Part shown: positions 42,919-52,654 of the stretch, one piece after another | Layout of the letters: every line of letters starts with the position of its first letter | Numbering within the stretch: the first letter of the stretch is position 1 | Assembly: GCA_005804965.1 (NCBI GenBank) | Contig: SYOC01000222.1 | Coordinates: 1 to 63,798, forward strand | Length of the DNA stretch: 63,798 nucleotides | Source of the DNA: Pseudomonadota bacterium | GTDB lineage: Bacteria; Desulfobacterota; Binatia; Bin18 | Direction of reading: 5' to 3' | Program-made: the position numbers and the translations under genes | Notes under the pieces: model-generated | Databases searched by the model: none | The model's input: the letters and a program-made list of their open reading frames with translations, nothing else | Told to the model about the DNA's origin: nothing

Positions 42919-43038
42919 GAAAAAGGAGAATAGAGTAATGAGGTACGGGTTTCCCCCGGCTCGCGCCGTGGGCTATCATCTAGCACTCCCGAGGAGCAAC
43001 CGGAGCAACGGAGTTTGAGCAGGAAGGAGAACGCATTT

Positions 43039-43476
43039 ATGGCCCACGACCACCCCCACATCGACACCATCAAACGTTACTACCACGGCTGCAATACCGC
43101 CGATGCCGAGTTGATCACCTCCACGTTCACCGACGATGTCGTGCATTATTTCACCCATCACAAGCCGATTCGTGGCGCTGGTGCGCTGGCGGAATACTGG
43201 GTGAAGATGCAGCCGCGCGTCAACGGTTTCTGGGCGGTGGATCACGCCCTGGTGCAAGGTGAGGAAGCCGTCATCGAGTGGACGATGCGCTGGACGCCAT
43301 CTGGACAGCCGAAGCCGCAATTGGTGCGCGGCTCGGAGTGGTATGTGTTTCGCGATGGGCTGATTGCGGAGATCCGTGCGTATTATCTCAACCCGCGCTT
43401 GCCCTATCTGTTTACCAATTTTGAGCTGGAAGGATTCTCGTATAAGCAACGAGAGTTTTATCTGCTCAAAGATTGA
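43039..43476 (+). CDS. SnoaL-like / NTF2-fold protein
   Basis: IDTIKRYYHGCNTADAELITSTFTDDVVHY is a typical SnoaL-like N-terminus. I use the ATG at 43039. Confidence 0.7.
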   Translation: MAHDHPHIDTIKRYYHGCNTADAELITSTFTDDVVHYFTHHKPIRGAGALAEYWVKMQPRVNGFWAVDHALVQGEEAVIEWTMRWTPSGQPKPQLVRGSEWYVFRDGLIAEIRAYYLNPRLPYLFTNFELEGFSYKQREFYLLKD

Positions 43477-43578
43477 CAACTCGGTGAATGTTGACGGATG
43501 AAGGGCTAGTGCGTGCAGATGAGGAATGGGCTGGCCCCTGCTGAGGTGGTGCAGAGGCCGAGTCGGAGCAACGACTGG

Positions 43579-43788
43579 TTACAGCGATGCCGCTTTGATG
43601 ACTTTGGTGGCTTGCAAGCCTTTCTGGCCGTTGGCGAGATCGAATTCAACCTCTTCCCCGGCATTGAGGCTGCGATAGCCTTCCTGTTGAATCACGGAGT
43701 AATGGACGAAGATATCTTCGCCACTCTCTTGAGCGATAAAGCCGTAGCCTTTCGCGTTGTTAAACCACTTCACTTTTCCCCTTGCCAT
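43579..43788 (-). CDS. cspA: cold-shock protein (CspA family)
   Basis: Begins MARGKVKWFNNAKGYGFIAQESGEDIFVHYSVI, carrying the RNP1 and RNP2 motifs. GGAGG lies before the ATG at 43788. Confidence 0.95.
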   Translation of the reverse strand: MARGKVKWFNNAKGYGFIAQESGEDIFVHYSVIQQEGYRSLNAGEEVEFDLANGQKGLQATKVIKAASL

Positions 43789-43859
43789 GCCTCCAAACCT
43801 CCTCCTCCTCCTCGGTCTCCCAAACCGAGGGCCGGTAGTGTCCGAACCTTGCTCGGGCA

Positions 43860-43888
43860 ACAGTAGAGAGCATCTGGCAATTTGTCAA
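43860..43888 (-). promoter_or_regulatory. sigma70-like promoter candidate for cspA (TTGACA-17 nt-TACTGT)
   Basis: The -35 element is at 43883-43888 and the -10 at 43860-43865 on the minus strand. This leaves a purine-rich leader of about 65 nt. Confidence 0.5.
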
Positions 43889-43932
43889 GAAAACCATCTA
43901 TGTAGCGGTGACGGGCAACTCACTATCAGAGA

Positions 43933-45291
43933 TTAGTCTTGGCGCAAAGGAATGGGCACTTGATACAACTGCTGGTCGCGCACGATGGAGAGGAGCAGGC
44001 TCTGACTGAGACGAGAGTCGATCATCTTGCGACGAAATTCTCCCAGCGTCTTTGTCTGTACGCCTGAGAGCCCGATGATGAGATCGGCGCGTTCTACGCC
44101 GATCGTGGCCGCTGGGCTGCCGGGGCGAAGCTTCATGACCGCGAGTCCGTCTTCGCTTTCGGCAACGGCAATGCCCAGGAGCTTCCAGGCTAAATCGTCT
44201 GCCTTTTCCAGCGGAAAGCGCGACACGGTGATGGAGATATTTTCTGCTTTCCGTTCACGCAACACGCCGAGCTTCATGGCTTCGCCGCTGCCGAATTCGC
44301 GTTCGCGTTGTAGATATTCTTCCGCGAAGCGTAGCGGGCGACCATTCAGACTCGTCAGTACGTCACCACGCTGGAGACCAGCTTTTGCTGCCGGACTGTC
44401 CGACTCAACCTCGCGCACGAGCACGCCTTGCTTTTCTTTCAAGGCGAAGTGATAAGCGAGTTCCGGGGTAAGCGTTTGCACCACGAGACCGACCCACGGT
44501 GCTTCCACTGCCCCGTGGCTGATGAGCGATTCGACGATGCGTTTGGCACGAGTGATGGGAATGGCAAAGCCAATGCCTTGGGCTTTGCCGTAAATGGCGG
44601 TGTTAATGCCGATCAATTCGCCTTTGATGTTGAGCAAGGGGCCGCCGGAGTTGCCAGGGTTAATCGATGCATCAGTCTGGATAAAGTCGTAGTAGGTGCG
44701 TCCGTCCGTATTAAGTGAACGATTGAGAGCGCTGACTACGCCGGTCGTCACGGTATGCGACAGTCCAAACGGATTGCCAATGGCAATGACAGTTTCGCCG
44801 ATCATCAGATCGTCGGAACTCCCTAGCGGGAGAGAAGGGAAGGCTTGCTTATCTTCGATCTTCAACACGGCGAGATCCGAATCTGAATCCGCACCAATGA
44901 GCCGTGCCGGCAATTTGCGATCATCGGCAAGTTGCACGAAGATTTTTTCGGCTTGGACAACGACATGCTCGTTGGTCAGCACGTAACCGTCAGGGCGGAT
45001 CACCACGCCAGAGCCTAAACTTTGTTCGGTTTGCCGTCGTTGAAAGGGCGCGAAGAAGTCTTGAAAGAAATCCTCGAACAATGGGTTCCCACCGAACGGA
45101 TTCCTCTGCCGCTCCATCACTTGTGCGGCAATGATACTGACGACGGTCGGGCTCGCTTTCTCGGTGGCAAGGACGATCGGACTCCGGCGACTCGTGTCTT
45201 GTGCAGGCGAAGCGGCAGGAAAGAGGAAAAGGCTCAAGCTGAGGAAGAGGACGACACTGGTCTGACTCAGAGATGAGCTGCCTCGTGTCAT
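43933..45291 (-). CDS. degP: DegP/HtrA-family periplasmic serine endoprotease (trypsin-like domain plus 2 PDZ)
   Basis: Carries TNEHVV, DSDLAVLKI and GNSGGPLLN, followed by two PDZ-like segments. The signal peptide begins at the ATG at 45291. Confidence 0.9.
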   Translation of the reverse strand: MTRGSSSLSQTSVVLFLSLSLFLFPAASPAQDTSRRSPIVLATEKASPTVVSIIAAQVMERQRNPFGGNPLFEDFFQDFFAPFQRRQTEQSLGSGVVIRPDGYVLTNEHVVVQAEKIFVQLADDRKLPARLIGADSDSDLAVLKIEDKQAFPSLPLGSSDDLMIGETVIAIGNPFGLSHTVTTGVVSALNRSLNTDGRTYYDFIQTDASINPGNSGGPLLNIKGELIGINTAIYGKAQGIGFAIPITRAKRIVESLISHGAVEAPWVGLVVQTLTPELAYHFALKEKQGVLVREVESDSPAAKAGLQRGDVLTSLNGRPLRFAEEYLQREREFGSGEAMKLGVLRERKAENISITVSRFPLEKADDLAWKLLGIAVAESEDGLAVMKLRPGSPAATIGVERADLIIGLSGVQTKTLGEFRRKMIDSRLSQSLLLSIVRDQQLYQVPIPLRQD

Positions 45292-45336
45292 CTTCAGGTG
45301 GAGAAGCTGATGGGACATCTTTGCTTGCATAGCGAT

Positions 45337-46401
45337 TCAAGTAATGGCCGGTTGTTGTTGCGTGATGCAGTGGATAGCTCCAAGCCCCCAAACAAGGTCG
45401 GTGCAGGGAATGCCGACCACCTGCCGCGAGGGGAAGAGGTCTTGGAGAATGGCGAGTGCGCGTTGATCGTTGCGACAATTGTACGTGGGCACCAGGACGA
45501 GCTGGTTGGCGAGGTAAAAATTGGCGTAACTCGCAGGCAAACGGTTGCCATCATACTCGACGGGGCTTGGCATCGGGAGTGCAACGATGCGGAGCTGGCG
45601 ACCATGTTGGTCGGTCAGCCCTTGCAACCGCTGCCAGTTATCTTGCAGCAGCGCGTAATTCACATCAGCAGGATCGTCTTCAACAACGCACACGACGGTG
45701 GTCGGATCGACGAACCGCGCCAAGTCGTCGATATGCCCGTCGGTGTCGTCTCCAACGATACCGTCTCCCAGCCACAAGATTTTTTGCACGCCGAAATACT
45801 CGCGGACATACGTCTCAATTTCCGACTTGGTCAGCGATGGATTGCGATTGGGATTGAGCAAGCAGGCTTCTGTCGTGAGAAGCGTCCCTTGTCCGTTCAC
45901 GTCAATAGAGCCGCCTTCCATGACGATACCCGGCGTGAACATCGGCACCTGCAAACGCGCGGCAATCTGTTGGGGCACGACATCATCCAAATCCCAAGGG
46001 CCGTATTTTTGCCCCCATGAATTAAAGATCCAATCGGTGATGGCAAGTTCCTTATGGTCGCCGTGCTGCCGAGTAAGAAAGATCGGGCCGTGGTCACGTG
46101 CCCAGGTGTCGTTGGTCGGAATCTGAACCAAGGAGACCCGAGGCAGATTGACGCCAGCGGCGGTGAGTAAGTGGCGAACCTGTTCTGCCATATCGACATC
46201 ATTCACGCAGATGTTGACCTGCTCATGCAGCGCGAGCGCTCGCACCATGGCGACATAAATAGCTGGCACCGGAGCGAACTTCCCTGGCCAAGTGTTGAGG
46301 TTATGCGGCCATGCCAGCCAAGTTGCGGCGTGTGGTTCCCACTCTGCCGGCATGCGATAGCCTAGGCTCGCTGGGCTGGAGACTGCGGGCGGGTTAGTCA
46401 A
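45337..46401 (-). CDS. aguA: agmatine deiminase
   Basis: Carries YRMPAEWEPH near the N-terminus and the C-terminal catalytic region GAIHCITQQ. It has a TTG start. Confidence 0.9.
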   Translation of the reverse strand: MTNPPAVSSPASLGYRMPAEWEPHAATWLAWPHNLNTWPGKFAPVPAIYVAMVRALALHEQVNICVNDVDMAEQVRHLLTAAGVNLPRVSLVQIPTNDTWARDHGPIFLTRQHGDHKELAITDWIFNSWGQKYGPWDLDDVVPQQIAARLQVPMFTPGIVMEGGSIDVNGQGTLLTTEACLLNPNRNPSLTKSEIETYVREYFGVQKILWLGDGIVGDDTDGHIDDLARFVDPTTVVCVVEDDPADVNYALLQDNWQRLQGLTDQHGRQLRIVALPMPSPVEYDGNRLPASYANFYLANQLVLVPTYNCRNDQRALAILQDLFPSRQVVGIPCTDLVWGLGAIHCITQQQPAIT

Positions 46402-47278
46402 GATAGCGCCTTGTCAAATTGTCGTAGGCGTCAATACGGCGATCACGAAGAAACGGCCAGTTCTGCCGCACGGTGTCGAGCCGTGTGAGGTCGCATGAGA
46501 CGATGAGCGTCTCTTCCGCGTCATGACTAGCCTGGGCTACTAACCCGCCAAATGGATCGCTCACGAACGACGCCCCCCAGAACTGAAGCCCGCCCTCTTG
46601 GCCGACGCGGTTGACTGCTGCGACGTAGACGCCGTTAGCCACGGCATGACTGCGTTGAATGATCTCCCAGGCTTGGTGCTGAGCTCTGCGTTCCTCTGGA
46701 GCTTCGGCGAGATGCCAACCAATTGCTGTGGGATAGAAAAGAATCTGTGCGCCGCTCAGTGCTGTCAACCGTGCGGCTTCTGGAAACCATTGGTCCCAAC
46801 AGACCAGTACGCCAATGTTGGCATAACGAGTGCGGAAGGTACGGAAGCCGAGGTCGCCAGGCGTGAAGTCGAATTTTTCGTAAGAGAGCGGGTCGTCTGG
46901 GATGTGCATCTTGCGGTACTTACCCAAGAGCGTGCCATCAGCATCGAACACGACTGCGGTGTTATGAAAGAGTCCTTCGGCGCGTTGCTCGAAGAGCGAC
47001 GCCACCACGACAATCTCAAGCTCGGCAGCCACGCGGCTGAGAGTGTCGGTTGTGGCGCTGGGGATGGGTTCTGCCAGACGAAAGAGGCTGGTGTCCTCAC
47101 GTTGGCAAAAGTACTGCGAGCGAAAGAGTTCTTGCAGGCAGATAATCTGCGCACCCCGACCAGCAGCGAAGCGAATCCGCTCGATGGCGGTGGCGAGATT
47201 CTCCTCTGGCTGCTCACCACAGGACATCTGCACGAGCCCCAACGCGACCTGGCGTGACGGCGATGTGTCTGTTTTCAC
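46394..47278 (-). CDS. aguB: N-carbamoylputrescine amidase (CN-hydrolase family)
   Basis: Carries VALGLVQMSCGE, CLQELF, LVCWDQWFPE and FYPTAIGW. The start is uncertain. I use the GTG at 47278 to give a protein of typical length (~294 aa). Confidence 0.8.
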   Translation of the reverse strand: MKTDTSPSRQVALGLVQMSCGEQPEENLATAIERIRFAAGRGAQIICLQELFRSQYFCQREDTSLFRLAEPIPSATTDTLSRVAAELEIVVVASLFEQRAEGLFHNTAVVFDADGTLLGKYRKMHIPDDPLSYEKFDFTPGDLGFRTFRTRYANIGVLVCWDQWFPEAARLTALSGAQILFYPTAIGWHLAEAPEERRAQHQAWEIIQRSHAVANGVYVAAVNRVGQEGGLQFWGASFVSDPFGGLVAQASHDAEETLIVSCDLTRLDTVRQNWPFLRDRRIDAYDNLTRRYLD

Positions 47279-47351
47279 GGCCCGAAATTGTAAGGCATCA
47301 CTGGCGCGGGTCAATGGCGTCGTTGGTGCGTGGGGAAAAATTTTCTGAATC

Positions 47352-47380
47352 TTTACAGGGGAGGGGAAAGACTCTATATA
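47352..47380 (+). promoter_or_regulatory. sigma70-like promoter candidate (TTTACA-17 nt-TATATA) far upstream of speA
   Basis: The -35 element is at 47352-47357 and the -10 at 47375-47380. This implies a leader of about 245 nt before the speA ATG. Confidence 0.4.
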
Positions 47381-47631
47381 AGGACACAATTTTCTCACGC
47401 TACCGAGCAAGCGGAATCTAGAGCATCGCTGCCAGATGTGGCGGCCACTGCTAGTGGCTGCGCTTTCCGGAGCGCCGGGCAACAACTGACGACCTGCGTG
47501 AGTTGCCGTCTCCGAGCTGGCGCATCGGCAGCCGATCTGTCCCGTGAACTAAAGGGCCTGCGGAACGACGTGTTCCGCCCATGGACGCAACGAGGAGCAG
47601 TCCTCGCAACCGAGAGGGGGCTTGTGTATCA

Positions 47632-49629
47632 ATGAAAGCTTTGAAGGACAACGTGCGGTTCGCGAAGGTGTCGCGTCTGACGACGAATTCCTCGGAGAAG
47701 CCGAAACGTTTGAGCGCAGTGCGGGCGAGTAACTCCCGTAATGCGCTCGAAGAGACCATCGATTTATATGGCGTCCGCAACTGGGGCGGTGAGTATTTCG
47801 ATGTGAATCCGAACGGTGAAGTCGTGCTCGCTTTTGAAGCAACACGCGGCACACCGGTGTCCCTCAAAAGCATTGTCGATGAGCTGCGCAAACGCGGCAT
47901 CTCGACGCCAGTTGTCTTGCGGTTTCCGCAACTGCTCGATTATCAAATTAAGAAGCTTGCCGGTGCGTTTAAGTCCGCTATCCAAGAATTCGACTACCAG
48001 CGCGAATACACGCCGGTCTATCCGATCAAAGTCAATCAGAAGAAAGAAATCGTTCAGGAGATCCTCGACTTCGGCGAGCGCTACAATTTGGGGATCGAGG
48101 TCGGGAGCAAGGCCGAGCTGACCGTCGCTATGGCGCTCTCGAAGAACCCCGAGTCCCCGATCATTTGCAACGGCGTGAAGGACGACGCCTACCTCCGGTT
48201 GGCCTTACTGAGTCGGCATATGGGTAGAAGGGTGTTCGTCGTCTTGGAAAGCTTGTTCGAGCTGCGCCTCCTGCTCGACCTGAGTAAAAAATTAAAAGTC
48301 CGTCCTATGATTGGCCTACGCTTGAAACTCTCGGCGCGGGGCAGCGGCAAGTGGGAAAAATCCAGCGGTGATCTGTCCAAGTTTGGGTTCACGACGACGG
48401 ATCTGCTCAAGTGCATTGAGATCCTTAGCGGAGAAGGGTTAAGCGATTGCCTCGCCTTGCTCCACTTTCACATCGGTTCGCAGGTGACCGACATCAAGCG
48501 CGTGAAATACGCCGTGAAAGAAGCGGCCCGGACCTACGCGAAGCTGCGGAAAATGTGCCCGAGCCTGGACTACCTCGACGTTGGTGGGGGCTTGGGACTC
48601 GACTATGACGGTTCCAAAACCGCCTCAGAGTCGAGCGTCAACTATTCCGTGCAGGAGTACGCCAACGATATCGTCTACTCGATCAAAGAAGTGTGCGAGA
48701 ACGAAGACGTGCGCGAGCCGATCATCATCACCGAGAACGGTCGTATGGTGGCTGGGCCGCATGCCGTCCTCCTCTTCAATGTCGTGAACGAACTGTCGCT
48801 GTCGAACGGCCAAATTCGCGTTTCTAACATCGAAACCAAGCCGCAAGTCATCCAAGAAATGCACGATCTGTACACGCGGATCAACGGCAAGAATTATCGA
48901 GAGTATTATCACGACGTCGTGGATCAGCGCGATGAAATGTTTTCGCTGTTTAATCTCGGATATCTTTCGCTGGAAGACCGTGGCCTGGGACAAGAACTGT
49001 TCTGGGGCGTATGTGAGCGCGCCATTAAGTACGCCAAGATGGCCAAGCATATGCCCGAGGAGTTCGAGGATTTGGAACGACGCTTGTCGCGCAAGTTCAT
49101 CTGTAACTTTTCTGTCTTTCAGTCGATTCCCGACTCGTGGGCGATTGACCAACTCTTCCCGATTGTGCCGATTCACCGCTTGGATGAAGCGCCGGATCGC
49201 ACCGGGTATCTCGCTGACCTCACGTGCGACTCTGACGGCAAGGTCGATAATTTCATCGACCTGCGTGATGTGAAGGAATCGCTTGAACTGCATGCCTTAA
49301 ACGGTGAGCCATATTATCTTGGCGTGTTTTTCACCGGTGCTTATCAGGATGTTATGGGCGATTACCATAACTTGTTTGGTCAGGTACACGACGCCTTCGT
49401 CGTGGTCGATGGCAAAGGCAATTGCCTGATTACCAAGATCATTCCTGGTCACAAAATCGAAGGGGTGCTGAAGGTGTTCGGCTACGAGCGCGATGAACTC
49501 TTGTCTGAGTTTCGCGGGCGGGTAGGTGAGGGTGTCTCGCGCGAAGGTCTCAAACCTGAATGGGGAAGCCACCTCATGCGCGAGTATGAAGCCGCGCTTG
49601 GCAGCTATACCTATCTGACGTTGGAGTAA
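47632..49629 (+). CDS. speA: biosynthetic arginine decarboxylase
   Basis: About 665 aa from the ATG at 47632. YGVRNWGGEYFDVNPNGEV, YPIKVNQ and HFHIGSQ are typical of SpeA. Confidence 0.9.
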   Translation: MKALKDNVRFAKVSRLTTNSSEKPKRLSAVRASNSRNALEETIDLYGVRNWGGEYFDVNPNGEVVLAFEATRGTPVSLKSIVDELRKRGISTPVVLRFPQLLDYQIKKLAGAFKSAIQEFDYQREYTPVYPIKVNQKKEIVQEILDFGERYNLGIEVGSKAELTVAMALSKNPESPIICNGVKDDAYLRLALLSRHMGRRVFVVLESLFELRLLLDLSKKLKVRPMIGLRLKLSARGSGKWEKSSGDLSKFGFTTTDLLKCIEILSGEGLSDCLALLHFHIGSQVTDIKRVKYAVKEAARTYAKLRKMCPSLDYLDVGGGLGLDYDGSKTASESSVNYSVQEYANDIVYSIKEVCENEDVREPIIITENGRMVAGPHAVLLFNVVNELSLSNGQIRVSNIETKPQVIQEMHDLYTRINGKNYREYYHDVVDQRDEMFSLFNLGYLSLEDRGLGQELFWGVCERAIKYAKMAKHMPEEFEDLERRLSRKFICNFSVFQSIPDSWAIDQLFPIVPIHRLDEAPDRTGYLADLTCDSDGKVDNFIDLRDVKESLELHALNGEPYYLGVFFTGAYQDVMGDYHNLFGQVHDAFVVVDGKGNCLITKIIPGHKIEGVLKVFGYERDELLSEFRGRVGEGVSREGLKPEWGSHLMREYEAALGSYTYLTLE

Positions 49630-49688
49630 GGCCCCAGGCAAAGGCAGCGTTCTGTCGTGCGCTCGTCTTTGCTCCAGGCTATCCCGGC

Positions 49689-50666
49689 ATGGCCACAATT
49701 CTCGACGGTTCCGATCCCCACGTGATCGCAGTCGCTGCCACCGCGCTGCGTGCTGGCGAACTGGTGGCGTTTCCTACGGAGACCGTGTACGGCTTGGGCG
49801 CGGATGCGCTGAATGAGCAGGCAGTCGCGCAAGTCTTTGCCGTAAAAAATCGGCCTTTCTTCGACCCCCTGATTGTACATGTGCCAGACGCGGCCACTGC
49901 CGCGCTTTATGCTGTGGCGATTCCTCCGCGAGCAGCGGCATTGATGGAGCACTTCTGGCCGGGGCCACTCACCGTCGTGCTGCCGAAGCATCCGCGTATT
50001 CCCGATATTGTGACGGCGGGGCTCGATTCTGTGGCGCTGCGCGTGCCATCTCATCCGGTAGCATTAGCGTTATTGCAGGCCGTGGCCCGACCGATTGCTG
50101 CACCAAGCGCGAACCCCTTTGGCTATATTAGCCCGACCACCGCTGCACACGTGCAAGATCTGTTAGGCGAGGCGATCCCATTGATCGTTGATGGTGGACC
50201 CTGTGCCGTTGGCGTCGAGTCCACAGTGTGTGCGTTTCTTGACGACGACGCGGTGATTTTGCGTCCTGGCGGGGTGACAAGTGAAGCTATCGAGGCGGTG
50301 ATCGGCCCGGTGCAATTCAGTGCGAGTGATCGTGCCGATCTGCGTTCCCCCGGCACCTTGCCGCGCCATTATTCGCCGCATGTCAATTTGCAACTCACCG
50401 CCCTAGGCGATCCGCTGCCGCTACCGCTGTCGGGTGAGAGAGTCGGCGTGCTGCTCTTTACCGAGCAACGTCTTACTCAAGGCTATGTTGAGGTCGTGAT
50501 GCTGTCGCGTGACGGCAACCTCACCGAGGCTGCTCCGCGCCTCTTCGCCGCGTTACGATGGCTGGACTGCTTGGGTCTTGATCGAGTCCTGGTCGAGTCG
50601 GTTCCGGAACACGGGCTGGGGCGGGCGATTATGGATCGCTTGCGCCGTGCTGCTGCGCGTGACTGA
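49689..50666 (+). CDS. tsaC: L-threonylcarbamoyladenylate synthase (YrdC domain plus Sua5 C-terminal domain)
   Basis: Carries GELVAFPTETVYGLGADA, KNRPFFDPLIVHV and SANPFG, with a Sua5-type C-terminal extension. Confidence 0.9.
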   Translation: MATILDGSDPHVIAVAATALRAGELVAFPTETVYGLGADALNEQAVAQVFAVKNRPFFDPLIVHVPDAATAALYAVAIPPRAAALMEHFWPGPLTVVLPKHPRIPDIVTAGLDSVALRVPSHPVALALLQAVARPIAAPSANPFGYISPTTAAHVQDLLGEAIPLIVDGGPCAVGVESTVCAFLDDDAVILRPGGVTSEAIEAVIGPVQFSASDRADLRSPGTLPRHYSPHVNLQLTALGDPLPLPLSGERVGVLLFTEQRLTQGYVEVVMLSRDGNLTEAAPRLFAALRWLDCLGLDRVLVESVPEHGLGRAIMDRLRRAAARD

Positions 50667-50676
50667 AGATGTTTGT

Positions 50677-51060
50677 TTACAAAGCACGACCGAGAAGGAA
50701 TCCCAGCCACGCACCGATGATGCCCAACGCGGCGCTGCCGACGGTGTAACACATCGCATGCAATAGACGACCCTGCTGGAGCAGTTGCAACGACTCGAAC
50801 GAAAAAGTGGAAAAGGTCGTGTAGGCACCGAGAAAACCGACGGCAAAGAACAAGCGGAGGTGGTGGTGTGACGGGTAGCGAGCCATGAGGGCCATGAAAA
50901 TTCCAATCACCACGCTGCCGCTCAGATTGATGAGAAAGGTGCCGTAGGGAAATCCTGTACCCAACTGCCGCATCGCCCAATCTGTGACCAGATAACGAGC
51001 ATTGGCCCCGAGAATCCCGCCGAGTCCAATAAGAAGATATTCCACAGATGCTCTCCTCAC
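50677..51060 (-). CDS. crcB: fluoride efflux channel CrcB/FluC
   Basis: 127 aa and 4 TM segments, with GGILGANARY and GFLGAYTTFSTF. Confidence 0.9.
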   Translation of the reverse strand: MRRASVEYLLIGLGGILGANARYLVTDWAMRQLGTGFPYGTFLINLSGSVVIGIFMALMARYPSHHHLRLFFAVGFLGAYTTFSTFSFESLQLLQQGRLLHAMCYTVGSAALGIIGAWLGFLLGRAL

Positions 51061-51078
51061 TCTCTCGTCTTACTGGCG

Positions 51079-52098
51079 TTACTGGCGGGCCGCGAATGCT
51101 GTTGCGTGTTGCCAGCCGGTCGTCATCCACTGACGACCCGAGGCTTCGTTCAGCAATCCTTCGACTTCAGGGAGATGTTCGAGGAGAGCGATGCCTTCCT
51201 TCTCTCCCAAGATCAACAGTGCCTTGCTGAGGGCTTCGGCTTGGGTAGCGCTCGGGGCGATGACGCAGGCGAGGAGGTCGCGTTGGAGTGGCTGCCCGTT
51301 GCGTGGATCGAGGATGTGGCCGTAGCGCCGGCCTTGGATGGTGAACTGCTGACTGAAACTCGCGGAAATCGAAAGGGCTTGGTCACGGATGGCAACCACT
51401 CCGACTTCGTGACCATCCGGTCGTTGGACTAGGAGCCGCCAGTGTGGGGCATCATCTGGCTGGCCGAGCGCCCAGATGCTGCTCTGACCGAAGTCCAATA
51501 AGGCGTTTGTCACGCCATGAGCTTTGAACTCGCGTGCGGCTAGATCGAGAGCATAGCCTTTGCCAATCCCGCCAAGATCCAGTGCCATGCCAGCTGTGGC
51601 GAGCGCCACGCGCCCATTGGCAAGGATGGTGATCTTGTCGCTGCCGACCTTGGTCTTCAAGCGACGAAGAACGGTGGGCGAGGGGAGAACTTGTGTCGTC
51701 CCTGCACTGCTCCAGGCTTGCAACAGCGGGCCAACCGTGATGTCAAACGTGCCGCCGGTGAGGTGCCAATACTGTCGGGACTGGGTGAGGAGATCGGAGA
51801 CTTCCGTCGGGACCGAGCGTGGGTCTTGCCCGGCGTGGGTATTGAGCTGGCTCACCGCGCTGTCCGGGGAAAACGTCGAAATTTGGGCTTCTAGCCGAGC
51901 AACCGAGGCAAACACGTGCTCCATCACCTGCTGCGGCGTGTTGCCGGCATGGTTGCAGAGTGTCACCTCGAACACTGTGCCCATCAGGTAACGGCCGTCG
52001 CTGTTGCATGCCTGGGAGTGAGAGGTCCAGACCAGAACGAAAATCAATGCGCCCACGATACGTAGACGCCAAGTTGACCGTTGCCGGGCGTTGTTCAC
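51079..52098 (-). CDS. apbE: FAD:protein FMN transferase (ApbE family)
   Basis: Carries LMGTVFEVT, GGTFDITVGPL and LDLGGIGKGYALD, plus a signal peptide. Confidence 0.9.
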   Translation of the reverse strand: MNNARQRSTWRLRIVGALIFVLVWTSHSQACNSDGRYLMGTVFEVTLCNHAGNTPQQVMEHVFASVARLEAQISTFSPDSAVSQLNTHAGQDPRSVPTEVSDLLTQSRQYWHLTGGTFDITVGPLLQAWSSAGTTQVLPSPTVLRRLKTKVGSDKITILANGRVALATAGMALDLGGIGKGYALDLAAREFKAHGVTNALLDFGQSSIWALGQPDDAPHWRLLVQRPDGHEVGVVAIRDQALSISASFSQQFTIQGRRYGHILDPRNGQPLQRDLLACVIAPSATQAEALSKALLILGEKEGIALLEHLPEVEGLLNEASGRQWMTTGWQHATAFAARQ

Positions 52099-52106
52099 GC
52101 TGGACT

Positions 52107-52649
52107 CTAATCTTTTCGGGAAGGTGGAGACCCGGAGGACGAAGCTGAGGAGCCGTTGTCTCGATAGGCATCTTGCGTACCGGTAAAGACTGCCCAGAGG
52201 CTGACGACAACTAAGACGGCAAGACTTCCTTCGAGTGCCACGAAGCCAAAAATCTTGACGTAGGCAAAACTAGGATGCACGAAACGCACGAGCCAGCCGC
52301 CTCCTTCATCAAGCAGCGCCGAAGCGAAAGGGATAACGATGAACCACGGTTTGAGCTCTGGGCGTAGTGGGACAAACAGCATCAGATGTGTGAGCGTGAG
52401 CAGTAGCAGCCCCATGGCGAAGAAATGAAAATGTGAGATTTCTAGCATGCCTTGATAACTACGTGGCTGAAGAAATTTCTCCTCTGAGCCGAGGTAATAC
52501 TCTGTCACTGACGCGTAGGTCAGCCCCATCTTCTGGAAATATAACAGGGCGTTGGTCAGCCAGAGCGCGGCAATATAGACAATAAAGCAGAGAATAATGA
52601 GCTGGAGGAGGCGATTTTTTGACCATTCCCCGGTAATGACAAAACGCAT
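52107..52649 (-). CDS. 4-TM membrane protein with conserved-looking His residues (function unknown)
   Basis: 180 aa. The TM2 segment reads EISHFHFFAMGLLLLTLTHLMLF. It lies inside the FMN-binding/ApbE operon. Confidence 0.5.
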   Translation of the reverse strand: MRFVITGEWSKNRLLQLIILCFIVYIAALWLTNALLYFQKMGLTYASVTEYYLGSEEKFLQPRSYQGMLEISHFHFFAMGLLLLTLTHLMLFVPLRPELKPWFIVIPFASALLDEGGGWLVRFVHPSFAYVKIFGFVALEGSLAVLVVVSLWAVFTGTQDAYRDNGSSASSSGSPPSRKD

Positions 52650-52654
52650 GCGAA

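Noticed and set aside
37472-43476. Gasdermin-like or other pore-forming substrate gene next to the NACHT-S8 pair
   Set aside because: The neighbours are a Uma2 nuclease, the 132-aa pro-domain-like protein and a divergent SnoaL-like protein. None has the size or hydrophobic pattern of a bacterial gasdermin, so I do not call this a gasdermin system.
50677-51078. Fluoride riboswitch expected upstream of crcB
   Set aside because: Only 18 nt separate crcB from the upstream apbE stop. There is no room for a crcB-motif RNA, so crcB appears to be co-transcribed with the ApbE operon.
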